From positions 4,960,001 through 5,024,000 of the forward strand of contig OZ024755.1 in assembly GCA_964016885.1 (NCBI GenBank): 64,000 nt of DNA, in the 5' to 3' direction. A model generated the notes under the pieces. The model worked only from the letters and a program-made list of their open reading frames with translations. It was not told the DNA's origin and made no database searches. Each line of letters begins with the position of its first letter. Within the stretch, counting starts at the first letter, position 1. Made by a program: the position numbers and the translations under genes. Source of the stretch: Eledone cirrhosa (taxonomy: Eukaryota). Below, piece by piece: positions 61,832 to 64,000 of the stretch.

Positions 61832-63254
61832 TCATAATTTGGAAAGAATTATTTGAAGAGAACTGATGAGTTTGTCTGTTACTATCCATCTTTGACCTTT
61901 GGCTGATGGTTGCATACATTCGTTGATGAGATCACCTAGGAACCAGTCCTGCTCAATATTCCAAGGTATGTGGTGTAAGAGACCATATGTTGTAGCACCA
62001 GAGTAAGCATACTTGGACAGCAAGCTACGACAAACACCGTAATAATTGTGGTCTGCATCTAGATGTAAACATAATTCCTTGTCAGAGAAGCTAATACAGT
62101 CTGAGTTGCAGTCATCATAGATACTTTCTGATGGTTGGTTCCATCCTGGTGGTTTCACTGGAATGATAGAAATAACAACACTGAGTATTTGAGGAGGTGT
62201 TATTAGTTTTAAATATGAGGGACAACAAAGGTTTTTGACATAAGTCTCGGCAGCGGTTGTGAGAGATGACCTTAAATTGTTAAGAGTGGCAGAGGAGATT
62301 ATAAAGAAACATGGCAAGTAGCGAGATGTCATTCCGAGAAGGACCCATCCAACCAATACAAGCATGGAAAAACCGGATGTAAAAATGATGATGATGATAT
62401 TATTAGGTTTATATATGAGGGTCAACAAAGGATTTGATATAAGTATTATTGGTTTTAAATATTAGTGTCAGCAAAAAGGACCCTCTTTATCTATTATATA
62501 CATGAAATTCTGGAACTTACATTCAGCCAGTTCAAGTCTGTCAACTACAATAATATTCTCGGCATCCACAATCTTTACTTGACCGTTTGAGTTGACAACT
62601 AAATTGTCCATTTTTATATCTGTCCAATAAAGTGACCAACCATCAGAACTGTTGGACAGTTTCACAGCCATCATTAGAATTTGTAATGTTAAATTAGCCT
62701 GTAACAAATATAGAAATATATATATATATATTAGCCTGTAGAAGAGGTGTAACAACATTGAAATATAGAAATGTTTATAAATTAGCCTGAGACAAATATG
62801 AAGAAGTGAATTTTTTTATTTTTGAAAGATGTTTATACAAAACCAAAACACTATTTAAGGGAACGAAAAAGAAAGAAAAGAGAGGGGGAGTGACAAACAC
62901 TACATAGCAGTCTGAGCATTGCTCCGCAGACAAAATGACAAAGGCATTATTGTGGAGAACAGCCAGAAACAGCCACAGCACCCCCAACAAGGCTCTTTAT
63001 GGAAATATATATATATTCAAAATGACGTACTTGTAGGTAATTTTGCAATAAAATCTATTTCTTTGTTACAAATCTTCATTTTGTTAACAGTTCTGTTACT
63101 TAATAACATATAGAAATTATTAGTGACTTACTCTATGGTACCATGGTACATTAACTAAATGTAACAATGGTGTTCCTTCATTGCTCATGGCAGCCAACCA
63201 ACCACATGATCCATAATATTTTGGGAAAGCCCAGCCATTAGAAGATGGGAACAT
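61832..63254 (-). CDS. DIPK2A: divergent protein kinase domain 2A (DIA1/C3orf58) homolog, last three exons; 5' part lies beyond the window
   Basis: Minus-strand in-frame exons 63132-63254 (MFPSSNGWAFPKYYGSCGWLAAMSNEGTPLLHLVNVPWYHR), 62521-62698 (ANLTLQILMMAVKLSNSSDGWSLYWTDIKMDNLVVNSNGQVKIVDAENIIVVDR) and 61832-62157 (KPPGWNQ...DDCNSDCISFSDKELC...DHNYYGVCRSLLS...GLLH...LINEC...stop); these match the DIPK2A motifs GWPFAKYLGACG, IVDAEN and DHNYYAVC. Confidence 0.9.
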
Positions 63255-63343
63255 CTGAAATGGAAAACAACTGCTATAATGATACAGTTGATGTGAAACT
63301 GGGAATGATTTTTTAATCATGTTCGTTAAATATTAGAAATGAG

Positions 63344-64000
63344 GAATTAGATACAGTTGGTGTGAAACTGGGGGGGGGGTATTCTAATTATGTTTGTTAA
63401 ATATTAGGAATTAGATACAGTTGGTGTGAAACTGGGGGGTATTCTAATTATGTTTGTTAAATATTAAGAATTAGATACAGTTGGTGTGAAACTGGGGGGT
63501 ATTCTAATTATGTTTGTTAAATATTAGGAATTAGATACAGTTGGTGTAAAACTGGGGGGTATTCTAATTATGTTTGTTAAATATTAGGAATTAGATACAG
63601 TTGGTGTGAAACTGGAGGGTATTCTAATTATGTTTGTTAAATATTAGGAATTAGGTACAGTTGGTGTGAAACTGGGGGGTATTCTAATTATGTTTGTTAA
63701 ATATTAGGAATTAGATACAGTTGGTGTGAAACTGGGGGGTATTCTAATTATGTTTGTTAAATATTAGGAATTAGGTACAGTTGGTGTGAAACTGGGGGGT
63801 ATTCTAATTATGTTTGTTAAATATTAGGAATTAGGTACAGTTGGTGTGAAACTGGGGGGTATTCTAATTATGTTTGTTAAATATTAGGAATTAGATACAG
63901 TTGGTGTGAAACTGGGGGGGTATTCTAATTATGTTTGTTAAATATTAAGAATTAGATACAGTTGGTGTGAAACTGGGGGGTATTCTAATTATGTTTGTTA
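63344..64000. repeat. 60-bp intronic minisatellite (~11 copies, runs off the window)
   Basis: ttggtgtgaaactggggggtattctaattatgtttgttaaatattaggaattagatacag repeats line after line; diverged progenitor-like copy at ~63281-63340. Confidence 0.95.

Noticed and set aside
62158-62428. N-terminal half of the 198-aa minus-strand ORF as coding sequence
   Set aside because: It is intronic read-through, including a SINE tail; DIPK2A similarity starts at the acceptor at 62157.

Overview
AT-rich, intron-rich animal genomic DNA. The SINE/RTE/CR1 repertoire and microsatellites look cephalopod (Octopus-like); this is an inference. I assembled three spliced genes by hand from GT-AG boundaries and reading-frame continuity: (1) the 3' part of an srGAP gene (F-BAR/RhoGAP/SH3, + strand, 1-16894); (2) a DMTF1 Myb-repeat gene (+, ATG 24523 to ~33.7 kb); (3) the last three exons of a DIPK2A/DIA1 gene (- strand, 61832-63254). 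Between the convergent DMTF1 and DIPK2A 3' ends, a ~9.5-11 kb unit occurs three times in tandem (30725-61514). Each unit carries DMTF1 3' exons, a 77-bp VNTR (7, 10 and 9 full units) and a 4.2-4.9 kb near-perfect palindrome. The palindrome centre is a GC-rich array of 121-bp hairpin units in which one unit is flipped. About 30 bp beyond the right breakpoint lies a type I hammerhead ribozyme motif with an intact catalytic core (61549-61599) in a Penelope-like remnant; two degenerate relatives sit in DMTF1 intron 1. Also notable are a candidate 12-nt microexon just before the srGAP SH3 exon and nested inverted TE pairs around the RhoGAP exons. Most short ORFs in the supplied track are spurious.
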